Assembly (NCBI GenBank): GCA_001643675.2
Contig: LSRY02000030.1
Location: 248,001 to 312,000 of the forward strand
Source: Monocercomonoides exilis PA203
Lineage: Eukaryota; Protista; Preaxostyla
Direction of reading: 5' to 3'
Length of the DNA: 64,000 bases
Part shown: piece by piece, positions 1-12,612 of the stretch
How positions within the stretch are numbered: position 1 is the first letter of the stretch
Layout: each line of letters opens with the position of its first letter
Made by a program: the position numbers and the translations under genes
Notes under the pieces: generated by a model
Seen by the model: the letters and a program-made list of their open reading frames with translations, nothing else
Database searches by the model: none
What the model was told of the DNA's origin: nothing

Positions 1-2389
1 ATTGAACAATATCAACTCAGATATTTTCAACAGTCAGAGAAAATGGCAAAAGAATGGAAGGCTTCATTTGATAAAATACAATAAAGAAATGGGAATCAAA
101 AATGGGAATTCAAATATTGTGAGTTGACTGCAAAAGAGTGAGTACGAGATTGTTAATGTTTGTTTTTCTGAGAGAATATTGTTCATCTGTTGCGTAATGT
201 GCAGATCAGTATTTGAAAAGAATGTGCTTATGTTTTCTGTTTTCGGCCATATTTTGATTTCAATTTTTTTGTTTTTATTGAGTTTTATTTTTTTGTTATT
301 CAGACCATTTTGTAATTCCTTTTAAAATATGTTTAGAAAAATTCATAATTGTGATTATTTGTTTTCACAAATTGTGAGCAACTGCTTCTCAACGAGAAAG
401 CACAGCAAACAATGTTTCAGCTTTATTTTTTGACATTCTGAACAACCATTTCACTTATTTTAATTTTATTTTTTATTTCACTTATCATCACGGAAATGAA
501 GATGAAGGAGAGAAACAATCATCAAAATCGATGAAATTTGTGATTTTATTATTTCATGAAAAGAAATTATTAAAAATGCAAGAAAAGAGATCAGAACACT
601 TGTGTTCTTTTCACTTTGTCAGTTGAAAACTTTTGTTGAAAAAGAAAGTTGAGAATCGATTCCTTTTTTTATCTGAGAGAATGAACTTATCGGATGATGA
701 AACAATCATATCCACAACATAATGTGCTTTTCTTTCGGTTTTGCCTACAATCTCTCTCCTTGGCTGTAATTTCCATCTGAATATGAATAATTCTTCTTTC
801 GTTATTCGTTTCCTCAACAGGATGATGTATTATTTTTCACTGGAAACCTCAATCATCGAAATGAATAACTCTTCCTTTAATCTTTGCAAGATCTGCTTTC
901 AAAAAATGTCAAACTTCAGTGTTTATTCTTGTGGATAGGTGGGGAAATTTTTTTGTCTGTGTAGGCGGGATTCCAGATTCAGTTGATGTTGAGATTGTTA
1001 TGGTTTTCACAGAATAAGGAGCGAACTGGCCTTGAATTCTTGCTTTTATTCTATATCTTTTTAACCAATATTTATACTTCTTCAACAGTTTGTTGCTGTT
1101 TGGTTTTAATTTCAATAAACTTCTTTTTTCACTCCAATCTTCTTCTCTGAGTTTCTTTTTGTGCAGCATGAATAACTGTTGCTGTGCAAATCAAGAGACT
1201 TTTTCAAATCCTGCCCAGCAATCTCTGTTTGGGTTTGTGCTGTCTTTTTCATCGAATCAAAGAATAAGCCCTTTTGTTTGAAATAGTGACCTTTCTATAT
1301 CCGCTCTTTCCAACTCGGTTTATCTGCACTCCGTGAATAAAATAGAATGAACAATGGATTTCTTTGTCAGAGGATTGATGCTCAAATTCTCGTTCTCACA
1401 CAGACCGAAAAAGGATTTCAAAATGGTTCTTTGTTACCAAAATTCTTCGACTCTCTTCTTTTTCTCCGTCTCCGTTCAATAAATGATACAATTGAGTATC
1501 TTAATAATTCTTATATCTTCAAAGGCAATATTAAAAACAACACATATGAGAAACGATTCCACCGAGAGAGCAATCTGCAAGAATTATAACTTCATTCCCA
1601 AATCCCAAATGATAATAACATAACTCAAGCATCAAGTGGCTCAATAGTGAAAGTCTTATGGAATAATTCTCTTCTTGCTCCTGTTTCACTGGCTGTCAAA
1701 GTGTGCAAAAACGAATAAATATCCATCCAGAGTTAACTGAGCAGTTCTCGGCTTGCATTCCTCTTCCAAATGAAATGGGAACGATTTTTATTTTTCGTCC
1801 CTTCTCCATTTCATGTTTCCATTCTCAAGAACAGATTGATAAAGATGATCTTCAATCTGCCAGGTGAGATGCATGTCGATTTATTTCTCATTAACAAACC
1901 ACTTATCATTACTATTCTTTAATTCTTCCATTTGAACAATGATGTGGTATTTCTCCAGTCGGTCATCACAACTCCGTATTTTCCTATTCTGCAAGACTAA
2001 CACAACTGGCTCTTTGTCACTCTGTGCTTTTCGAATCATTATAGTCATCGATGGTAATGGAATTAACACTATTTCATATTAGTTCTTTGGAAGAATGCAA
2101 GGCTATCCTCTCCCATAGTGCTTTCTATTCCACACAATTGTGCATCTTGTGGTTGTTTTAATGTATATAAAAGCATCCAGCGTTGGCATCACATGAAGTT
2201 CTGAAAGGATCTGAGAGAGTTCTTCTTCCGAAAAGCATTAATCTCATTCATTTTTCAGAAAGGACAAAGCACCAGCCATTGTGTTTTGTTGTCCGTGTAG
2301 GGCTATTATTTTATCTTGAACATTTTTCTTTATCACGACCCTTTTCTTTTTTGCCTTGTAAGCAGCTTTGCACAAGCCTATTTAAAATA

Positions 2390-4290
2390 AAAAATAACCA
2401 GAAACGTTTTTAATGTTTTATTTTCCTTATTCTGTATTTTTTTTTCGATATTTCATGTTTCACAAAAAGATCGAGGATTATAATAATTTTATGTGTTGAT
2501 CACTGACTTGCTGCTTTTCCAGCAAATATTTTTTATCAGAAGATTAAAGCTTGCATATCATAACACATCGTTTCTTTTTTGTATGTTTTTGGTTGTTTTA
2601 TGCTTTCTCAACTTGTTTTTTTTACATTTATTCTCATTTCACACATTTTTTTAAAAAACACGATTTTAAGGACACATATGAATTTGTTTTTAAATTTATC
2701 GAAATTATAAATAAACACTTTGAAAATAGAACGATTCTTGTATGTTAAAAAGATTATTTGTTTGTATATGTTTGGTACCATCGTTCAGAAACCAGGGAAT
2801 TTTTCAAAAACCCGGACTTTTTATTAAAATTCATATATCTCGACAAGTCTCAAAAATTAAATTATAATAATTCACACATTCATACATCAGTATATAACAC
2901 ATCTAACCATATTGAAATTTTTATTTGTTGTGTTGTATTTATGGAGAAATAAATAATTATTATTTTTGATAATCTGACTTTTAATGAATTTTTCTATTTT
3001 AATAATACGATTCAGTTCATCTTTTACACATGTAACTTATTTTTTCTTTGTTGTAAACTGTTCTGGTTATTTTTCATTTTCGACAATTTGCTCGTTAAGA
3101 CGGAATGAAAATCAATCATTTTTGAAAAATCATTATCAATGGGATAACTAAAAAAATATTTTTTGCAAAACACAAAAACATCCAAGTGGATTTAACGTAT
3201 ACACCAATAAATATGATAGTTATATAAAATGACTACATAGTTGAAATTTAAAATGATTTTATATTCATTTCAATAATGCTATTAGTTTTCATAACTGATT
3301 TTTTATAATTATCATTTTCATTGAAATTATTTCAAAATTGTATTCAATGAAATGAATATCGAATTATTAAAAATATCAACTATGTAGTCATTTTATATAA
3401 CTATCATATTTATTGGTGTATACGTTAAATCCACTTGGATGTTTTTGTGTTTTGCAAAAAATATTTTTTTAGTTATCCCATTGATAATGATTTTTCAAAA
3501 ATGATTGATTTTCATTCCGTCTTAACGAGCAAATTGTCGAAAATGAAAAATAACCAGAACAGTTTACAACAAAGAAAAAATAAGTTACATGTGTAAAAGA
3601 TGAACTGAATCGTATTATTAAAATAGAAAAATTCATTAAAAGTCAGATTATCAAAAATAATAATTATTTATTTCTCCATAAATACAACACAACAAATAAA
3701 AATTTCAATATGGTTAGATGTGTTATATACTGATGTATGAATGTGTGAATTATTATAATTTAATTTTTGAGACTTGTCGAGATATATGAATTTTAATAAA
3801 AAGTCCGGGTTTTTGAAAAATTCCCTGGTTTCTGAACGATGGTAATTTGAATAACAAAAAAATCATATATATTTGCTTTTCAGTTAAAATTCTTGAAAAG
3901 TTCCTTTTCATTTCAATGCTTAATACAAATAAACGATAAATGAGACTTTATATATTTATTCATATTTAAAAAATTTGACATAAACACTTGTTTATATACA
4001 AAATCGTGTTTTAAGCAAAAACAGTGATATGAGAAAAAAAGGTCAAAAATTAAATTGAAAAAGTCAAAAACAAGTATAAATAATAATATATGAATGAAGA
4101 ATTATGATGTTGTGGCTTCTAACGTTTAGTACAAAACAATAGCTTCACAGCCAGCAAGATTTTGATCTGGGTCCTAAAATAATAAAAATTTTGAATATTT
4201 TTTTGAACATAAAAATCTCAAAAAATTTTTCAACAGAATTCTGAAAAACATAAATATCAAGAAGTCTATTAATTTTATCTTTGTTTTTAG
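2390..4290. repeat. Old diverged inverted repeat (palindromic element) inserted in the relic RNase H and hosting a younger foldback
   Basis: Symmetric inverted matches share a near-constant coordinate sum (~6665-6667): cacgatttt 2659 / aaaatcgtg 4008; ttctcatttcac 2631 / gtgatatgagaa 4035; cttgctg 2507 / cagcaag 4158. Ends are approximate. Confidence 0.55.
2778..3842. mobile_element. Non-autonomous pogo-type foldback element (467-bp inverted arms, 131-bp spacer, TA TSD)
   Basis: 2778-3244 is the reverse complement of 3376-3842 with no mismatch seen by eye. TA at 2776-2777 and 3843-3844. The terminal 39 bp match the TIR of the 8988-11490 transposon at 36/39. Confidence 0.93.
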
Positions 4291-6616
4291 CCTTTTCACA
4301 AATCAAAAAAGCAAAAATAAGTTTCAAAAAAATAGGGTTGAGATAAAATTTTGAGGTGAAGATAAAATATGCGCCCTATATAAACTGATTTCAGAACTGT
4401 TTTCAGTCTCTTGTTCAATATCCATATTTTTCTGAATGTTGAACGAAGATTAATTTCCACATTCCATGAGTTTCCATCAAACATAACTTCCAAGTTGCAT
4501 CAGTAAAGAAGCAGGTGCTTTCTTTGCTTTTTTGAAAGAACAGGAGCTGAGGTCTTCAGGGAAAGTTATTCTTCATTTCATTCTCTGTAATTTAAAAAAG
4601 AGAATCTTGAGCGAGAAGTTAAATCTATTTAACCAATTTTCTGTCATTCTGTTCTATCAGAAGGTCTTTCACAATGCACATTCCTATGCTTTCTCTATTA
4701 ACATTACTTTTTTATTGAAAAAAAGAGTTTGTTTCAATACTGCATTTTTTCTCAATCTCCATTACAGTGTTTTTTATTTGTTGGAGGACTTCCACATTCA
4801 GTCTCATCGAAGAGTTTCATCCGCTTATTGATTCTCTTTTCTGAAACAATTATAAGTTTGAATAAAGATGTAAAGATGTGTCTTGTTGGAGAAAGTTCAA
4901 AGCATTGTGTGATAAGAATGAACAATGAAAAATTTTCAAATTTTATTTGTTTCAGTCTGGACGAATTTTGCTTTTAATAGGTTGAACAGCTCCAATAGGA
5001 TCTTTCTTCTTTCCTCTGTTTTTCTCACCGAAACGAATTGTATCCACTTCAAACCACAGATGGCTAATCTGGGCACTGAGGATGAAGTTGCAGTTCTTCT
5101 TGTTGATCGAAAACAAAAAGTCTTTGAGATATGCAAAGATTTCTGGAAAAATCTTTTTCAAGTCATCTTGATAATGATGCAAAAACAACAGGTTGTGGAA
5201 AAAATGGATAACTGTAACATTCCATTTTCATTTTATTTCCGCTATCGGGTAATTCATTGTTTGTATTATCAGGTTCGATACATCGACAATGCCAAGAGGC
5301 ATGACTTTTTAGCGTAGTCCTTCCACATGAATCTGCTGAGTTGAATGTGAATATTTCTTCAATATAATGGAATCTTATAACAAAATTGCTTATTATCTTT
5401 GGATTCTGCAAAATTTTGTTGAATAATCTGACATTCCACTGTTTGATTTTATGTATTGTTTATCCTATTGTCTGGTTTTTTTTGCAGCATATGGTTTCAA
5501 GGAGAGTGACTGGATGAAATTCTGTATTATGCATTCTTTAGTGACATCTTGCATTGTCCAAGAAGAAAGCCACACATGAAATATTGATATAATAGGACAT
5601 ATAACCAAAGATTGCTATGAATCATAAAAAAGAAAGAAATAATATTTTTCAGCAGTCTTCCGCTTTTTTTCAATTCTGAGGAAAGTCCAATTGGTGGGGA
5701 GAATGACTTTGAAGAGAACGATGAAAAAAAATGATGAGAAGAAAACAGTTAGGATTAAATTTGGTTTTCAGTTTCTTTTGTGCACCACTATTCATTGAAG
5801 CAGCATTTGCCACCAGAGCAATTATTGTTTACTGAAAGAATTTTCAAAGATGAAATTATGGATTAAAACGTTAACATTTGATAATAAATCTTGGAATCTC
5901 ACAAATGAGAGAAGGAATTAATGATACAATTTATTGGCAATAAATGTGCTGGTGCACTTTTGTTCATTTTTGTTACTGATCCTTTGTGTTGTTCGCACTT
6001 ATTCCCTCTGCAATTTTTATATATGAACCAATTTATTTTTTTTAACATTCGAATTAATTCGATTATTTTGGAAGTGCTTCTTTCGTTTTCTGTTTCATAT
6101 CACAAAATCTTTGACACAAGCAAAAAGATTATTCAAATCAAAAAAGCGGATCAACAACTTGAAAGAAAAGAATAAGATTTAAAAAAATGGAATTCAAGAA
6201 AACCAATGTTTGTTTTCAATAAAAGTCTTTAAAATGAAATAAAACTGTGCTTGTGCTCAACATTGTCAATAATATTCATTAAAAAAAAAAAAAATTTTTT
6301 TTGATCACATTCATACCATAACAGCATTAGTGTGACAAAGAAACTTTTGCTTTTGAAGTGTCGAATTTGGAAGACATATGCAAACAGAAGCACATCAAGT
6401 GTATTTCAATATTTATTGCTTGTGAATCATTCTTCCATTTTTTTCTCAATGAAAAATATTTCGCTTTGGATAAATATTGATTTGTTTTTTATTGTACAAA
6501 TTCAACGAAGACAACTTGCGAGAATGGTTTTGCAGAAAGGCTTTGGGGTTTGATCCACTTGTCCTTTGCCGATTTTTTGAGAGATTAATGCATTTATCAA
6601 ATTTGTTGGTTTTCAA

Positions 6617-7942
6617 TTGCATCAAGAATTATTTTTTCAGTTGAATAATTGCTCGGTTGAAGAACAAATTCAGAAAATCGGCGAAATCAATGAATTGATT
6701 GATGAAATGACAGCTGAAGAGCATGATTTATTTTTCACAAGAAATCTTTTTGATGAAATCAGCGAAATGATTGAAGAACAGAAATTGCGATTGGAGGATG
6801 TTGTTTTTGTGATGAAGGCTGTTGGATTCAGCAACACGGAGAAAGATTGGGGAAATAAAAGCTTTTCACTTTCGAAGTTGTGTGACAGATTTGAAAAGAT
6901 GATAGCCGAAGAAGAATAGAAAAAAGAAGAAAAGAATGAAAAACTTCAGGCTGATCTTTGCGAATGTTATCTTTCTTCTTTTTATTACGATTTTGCAATT
7001 CCTGAAGAAATATTTCCTATCTGCGTTCGCCGTCTCCTGCAGGTTGCTTTGAGCAAGGAGGAAAATGAGAAGGCCCGAAAAGAAGTGGAAAAGGCTTTGC
7101 TTTGCTTGAGTGATATTTGTTTCTTTGAAGTGTGAGCTTCTTTGTTTTCATATTCTCATTATTTTTGTTGATAGTATTATAAAAAAGAGAAGTTTGTGAA
7201 TGAGATTGTGGAAGTCATCAAGAGATACCTGGAGCATCACAATCTTTCACGACTGGCATACCAGTCCATTTGGCAATTTCTGATGAAAAGAATATTCTAC
7301 GATGAAAATCTGGAAGAAATTGTTGTGAACGAGCTTCATTTTGTGAGAGAGGCAAGAAGAGAATTGGAAGAGCTGGAAAGAATGGTGGATTGGAAAAGAA
7401 AAGAAAAAGAGGATGAAAAGAGAAGAATTGAAGGCAAGGAAGAGTTGCTTTTGATGAGATAGATTGGAACATTGGGGTCTTATTTTTCATCCTGCAAAAT
7501 GTGGAGGGAAGACTTTGTTGGTGTGGTGGGCTTAATCGTTCAGGTATTTCAAGCATCAAAGGCTAGCGTTAGAAAGATTGGAGATTGGTGTATTGGAATC
7601 CTTTCACTTGCAGCGTGAAACAACGTTTTCAGAGTTGAAGGTTTGCTGAAAGGAAGAGCCATTGGTTCCATTTTGAAGGAAATGGAACAGTCAAATGTGA
7701 AAGCATCCCAAATAGATAAATGCTTGTCATTTTTCAGAGATCTGCGAATTCGATTGATGAGAAAGACAAGCAATGAAATAGATGAGACAAAACGAAAAGC
7801 GGATAAAAGAAAATTGTTTGAAATATTGGAGGAAGAAGGATACGAAGATTGTTTTATCGGATTTCGCTATTGCAAGATTGAAGGAACAGATTATTTTTGT
7901 TTTCTGATTGAAAGAATTGATTCTTATTTTGTTTGTTGTTGA
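6617..7942 (+). pseudogene. Pseudogene of an expanded oxymonad-type helical-repeat hypothetical protein family
   Basis: Motifs FEKMIAEEE*KKEEKNEKL..CECY..ICVRRLLQVAL..EVEKALL and HHNLSRLAYQSIWQFL..NELHFVREARRELEEL..VDWKRK are shared with 22410-23770. Intron ~7130-7174. In-frame stops at 6917, 7460 and ~7617. Confidence 0.75.
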
Positions 7943-8270
7943 TTCATTGTCTTTTTTGTTGACTTCATTTTTTTGAATTTCTGCGTTGTCAAAATTTGAA
8001 TGTCATGTTTTTTTTTTCATTTTTGAATCTTCCAGAAAAATGGATTTTCTCTTTTGCGAAAACATTTTTTCTGAAACATCAACAAAAAATCATGCTTGAA
8101 ACCAGAATTGATATTATTTTGAAAGAAAGAAATTGTGAACACTCATTTTGCTGAAACCCACAACTGACATGAAACCTACAAGGAAATACGAAACCTGAAT
8201 TCATATTTGACTCCTTTTCAGAATTATTATAAAGATTCCTGGTTTATAATTTTAAATAAAAAGTTTTTCG

Positions 8271-8315
<45 letters not shown>
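8271..8315 (+). repeat. Poly(A) tract (45 nt)
   Basis: Uninterrupted A45, with AATAAA ~15 nt upstream. Confidence 0.95.
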
Positions 8316-8317
<2 letters not shown>

Positions 8318-8987
8318 TGTGTTATTGCATCCATATTCCATTCATTTTATTCCTGCACTTCTTCATTCACAGAAAATCTTTACCGAAGAGAGGCCAATCA
8401 TCTTCTATCTTTTCAATAAGCTCCTGTATATCAGTTCTCACATCTAAAAAACAGATTACTTTTTTTACCATCGAACATTTCACTATTTTCCTCCTCTCAT
8501 CCACTTTTCCCTCTTTTTCTTTTCTTTCAAATCCATTTCTCCAATCAGCTCCAATCTTATCCAATCTTTCACCATCATTTGTTTCCAAATATCGTTCATT
8601 CAAAAACCCCTCTCAAATCATTAACATTCAAAAAACAACTCAACTCCCACCCCTGCTACAAATAATCCTCTTCCATCTCTTCTCTGCCCCACATCCCTCA
8701 TGTGCATAGTGTTGGTGAGATAAACATCTAATACGACTTTGAATGGTTGAGAATGTTATTAAAGGAGATGATCATGCCAAAAACAGAAAAAACACCTCTG
8801 AACATCCGTCACAATGTGTACGGGTTGAGAAGACCCTCCAGTGAGATATGCAATGTGTTTTGTGGAGATGCATTCCACGCTGCATTTCAACCATTCTGAG
8901 ACTGAAACGATGAGATTGATTTTTGTAATGATGATGGCTGTGGAAATGAAGCTGTTTGGCAAAAAACAGTCGCAGGGCAGTTTGGTA

Positions 8988-11490
8988 CCATCGTTAAAAA
9001 ACCCGGGAATTTTTCAAAAACCCGGAGAAGCCTTTTTTTTAAATTTGCATTTAAACTTATTCAAAACAAGTATTCCTCTATGATTTCCGCAATATAAACT
9101 AATATAAAAGCAGGTATGATTCATACATCAATTAAAATCATATTTGTTCTTTCAATATTTATTGAGTTATATGTTTTAATCATAGAAGAAATTCTAACTG
9201 CTTTTTGGCTTTGTATAATTGAAAGTTAGAATTTGTTGTTTGTTTCTTATATTTCCATGCCACTTGTGTTTGTTCGCAAATAAAATTGCTTATATTCAAA
9301 ACTCTATGCCTCAAACATTAATACGAATTAATAAACTTCAATTATTTCTATTTTATTGGACTTTTCTGAAATGAGAAAACAATTGTTATATGAATAACGA
9401 ATAAAAAAATATATTTTTCATGATAAATGCACTTTTCAAGGATTTGATTGAGTTGCATTTATTTGTCGTTCAAACCAATGAACAATTGTCTGAAGAATTT
9501 TCGTTATATCTTCGATATCTTTCTTTGATTATATGCGTCGTCGTCATAATCAATCCTCATGCATTTTCTTTTCCATTTCATTTTGTTGCTATTTCTCCTG
9601 CAACTGTTTTCTTTTCTTTTCTCCATTTTCTCTTCTTTCTTTTCTTTTCTTTTCAAATCCAATAAATCTTCTCTCGATTGTTTCTTTTTTTCTTTTCGAA
9701 GAATGGAAGCACAGTTGATTTCTTTCATCTTTTGAATAGGTTCATTTTCACAATATCTTTTTTTTTCATCTTCAATTTTCTTTTTCTTTGGAGAAAATTT
9801 ACCAAACAGCTGCTCTTTATTCTCATTGTCATTCAATGATGCTTCCTTTTCAGGTGTTCCACTTATTCTTTCAAGAACCGGAGCAGCTTTGACCGGCCAA
9901 ACGCCCGTCTGCCTGAATGCACGCTTAATATTTGAAGGTGCGACCGAAGCAGAAAGAGCTTCTGGAAGAATATCGAAGATGGCTGAGCGAAACGCTGCAG
10001 AAGAATGATCAGTTGGAGCTTTAAAGCTATTATTATATGTTTTCTTGAATCGTGCAAAAATTGAATTATCGCACGGTTGCAGAAGATGAGTTAAATTCGG
10101 TGGAAACTTTTTTATGATGATGTTTTTCTTTTTTGCAACCATTTCAACAGCTTCGCTGTTGAGAGAAGAATGGTTATCCATCAGGAACAATGCAAATTTC
10201 ATTCCTCCATATTTCATCTTTTTTTCAATATTATCAAGCCAATAATCAAGCATAATTTTTACGAAGATTTTTGAAGTGATCCATCCTGAAGATGTGAAGA
10301 TATAATTTATGTTGAACGATGAAAGCATACGAAATTCCACTGGAATTTTTTTCGCAGGCCAAAGAAGAAAAGATGACAAACATGAGCCATCTGCGCATGC
10401 ACATAAGCACAATGTTGTGTTAGAAGTCTTTTTCGAAGAAGGAGTCGAAGGAGGTTTCTGGTTTTGCAGACATACCACAAGTTTTCAAGAATCCGCACCC
10501 AGATGAAGTGAAGTTTCATCAAAATTAAAGATACCTGATGGGACTATTTCTTTCTCATTCACAATCTGCGAAAGTTCATCAAACCACTTTCTGACGGAAT
10601 CAGAAGATTGGGAAGATATTTTTGCAGTGTCCAATTGCTTTGAAACAGCTGACTTCAATATAGAACTTTTTTGAATAACATAGTATGCGGCTGTTAAACT
10701 TGGTATTTTTTTCGCTTCTTCGTCTTTTGAAAATTGTTCCAAATGCTCCACAATCTAAAAATATTTAAAAAAATTAATTTTTATAATAGAAATTAAACAT
10801 AAACCATTTTGTGCACGTCTTTAACTCTTATTGTTTCACCTTTTGAGAGACGAAAAATAACTTGGTTTTCGATTTTTTCTATTAAATCTGGCGTAATTAT
10901 CGGAGGTCTTCCGTTGACTCCCGCCTTCCTTTTCTGCTTCTCTGCCGCTATTCCTCTGTACCATGAGCCATTTGATATTGTGCCAGAATCAACAGCCACT
11001 TTTCTTGTTATTATATGATCCTTACGCAGTTCAAATATTTTTTGGGATGTTGTTTTTAACCTTCTTATTTCGGAGGTTGCCAACTTTTTTCTTAGTTCTG
11101 GTAACGACAATTCTTTTGTAACAGCCATTAATATGGATTTGATTTTTGATCAATTTTTTATGAAAGTGAGTATTAATTATGATTTTTAGTTTAGGCTTCT
11201 TAAAAAGGAATCATAAAAGTGTCAAAAAATTGTGAAAATGAAAAATATGACAATTGGAGAATGCTTATTTTTTTTTCTTTTTGAGAAATAAACATATTTC
11301 AAAATAGAATTTTTTTGTCGATGTATATTCAATAGCAATTAAATGTGATTTGTTTTTTTGATATTGCATTAATATTAATATTCAACGAGAAATAATACAA
11401 TTATTGAAAATACTTTTTGACGTGATAATCGTGAACTGTTTTTTCATGAAGTCCGGGTTTTTGAAAAATTCCCGGGTTTTTTAACGATGG
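8988..11490 (-). mobile_element. pogo-superfamily (IS630-Tc1-mariner clan) DNA transposon, 39-bp perfect TIRs, TA TSD
   Basis: TIR CCATCGTTAAAAAACCCGGGAATTTTTCAAAAACCCGGA at 8988-9026, with its reverse complement at 11452-11490. TA at 8986-8987 and 11491-11492. Contains a DDE_1-type transposase. Confidence 0.95.
9504..11128 (-). pseudogene. DD35D pogo-like transposase (HTH region + DDE_1), two exons, one in-frame TGA
   Basis: Exon 11128-10805, phase-0 GT-AG intron 10804-10755, exon 10754-9504. Motifs NGRPPII, IFNFDETS, SGWIT, LMDNHSS and FPPNLTHLLQPCD (35 aa between D2 and D3). A single TGA at 10485-10487 is the only lesion seen. Confidence 0.9.
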
Positions 11491-12612
11491 TATTAATATA
11501 TATATGTATATCTGAAATTATGTCTGTTGACTGTTTTTGTGTTTCTTTCAGGGAAAAAAGCGGAAATGAATGAAAATGAATGAAAGCGGGATATCTCGTT
11601 GTTCAAAGTGACCATAAAGTTGGGAGAGCGAATTCATACGAAAAGCACCCAGGGTGAAGGGATTGGGAAGGGAATTGGAGATGATATTTTCAGACGAGAA
11701 ACAAGGATATTATTCAATGAGAAAGATGAAATTGAAGAAAATACATAAGTTTCACATTTTTCAGAAGAACCGGAAATCGATGCATTTGATGGAGAAACAA
11801 CTGATGGAAAGGATGATTTGCGAATCAGACTATGAAACACTTGAAAAAGGAAGGAATGAAGGAAAGGATTTGGAAAACTAATTAAAGAAATTATTATAAT
11901 AATATTTGAATTCTTTCACCATCATAAGCAGAATTGTACTTTTAAAGCATCAGACTTGTTAACATGGAGCAAAATATTTTGCTTCAATCATTTTCATTAA
12001 AAAATTATGCACTTTTCATTGACTTTTTTATATCAAAAAACACAATAAAAATGGGTCCATTTTTTGATATTCGTGAAATGTTGGTAAACTTTATGTTTCT
12101 ATTTCAACAATGCCTGTTTAGGATGTGAAAATCAGTTTTTTTTTGAAATATGATAAAGCGATATAAAAATATGTGCGAAGCAACTTTTCAATGCCAAGTG
12201 CAAAAAAAGTTTGAAAGTCAGCATTTTTCCCCACATGGTGAACAAATATTTCCAAAACGAAAACATGGAATATTGGACACTCGGAATTTATGAAATCAAT
12301 AAAACAAAACTTCTTCCATGAGAAAATGGAGTTGAAATTCATAACTATTTATTTTCGCATTTCGTAGTAATACTTTTAATTTGAGAACTTCCTCCTCATC
12401 ATTTCAGTCAAACAGTCTGGTTGCAATAATAAATAAAAACAACTCCTCATTTTCTGACATTTTTCATTTCAATTCGCAATAGAGTTAATAAATAAATTCA
12501 AGGAGCATGTTTGCTCCTCACTATTAAGTATAGGATTCATTTTATGGGTGGTTAAGGATCAAACTTTTCCAATATTCACATTTTCTTTGACATTATTGTC
12601 CGCATTTAAAAA

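Larger units (their letters stand above)
880..5500 (-). mobile_element. Highly degenerate DIRS-like retrotransposon relic (RT - RNase H - adenine MTase-like - tyrosine recombinase), split by nested palindromic insertions
   Basis: Manual minus-strand translation gives DIRS domains in the expected order. RT-like KVMPLGIVDVSNLIIQTM..EIK*KWNVTVIHFFHNLLFLH..INKKNCNF..WFEVDT (~5040-5310). RNase H FFTDA (4496-4510) and LHGQQNTMAGALS (~2260-2305). MTase-like ELHVMPTLDAF..EIVLIPLPSM..IRK..VVLVL (~1985-2200). YR FTECR*TELER (~1305-1340) and FAPYSVKTITIS..GIPP (~965-1025). Many stops and frameshifts; boundaries approximate. Confidence 0.7.
8768..11880 (+). pseudogene. Repeated hypothetical gene fragment interrupted by the pogo transposon at its intron donor
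   Basis: 8930-8985 plus 11491-11880 aligns with the uninterrupted paralog at ~43197-43620 (mirror ~35600-36022). It reads NDDGCGNEAVWQKTVAGQF|G..., with stops. Confidence 0.65.

Noticed and set aside
8271-8315. A45 as the tail of a retrocopy
   Set aside because: The upstream gene retains its intron and no TSD was found.
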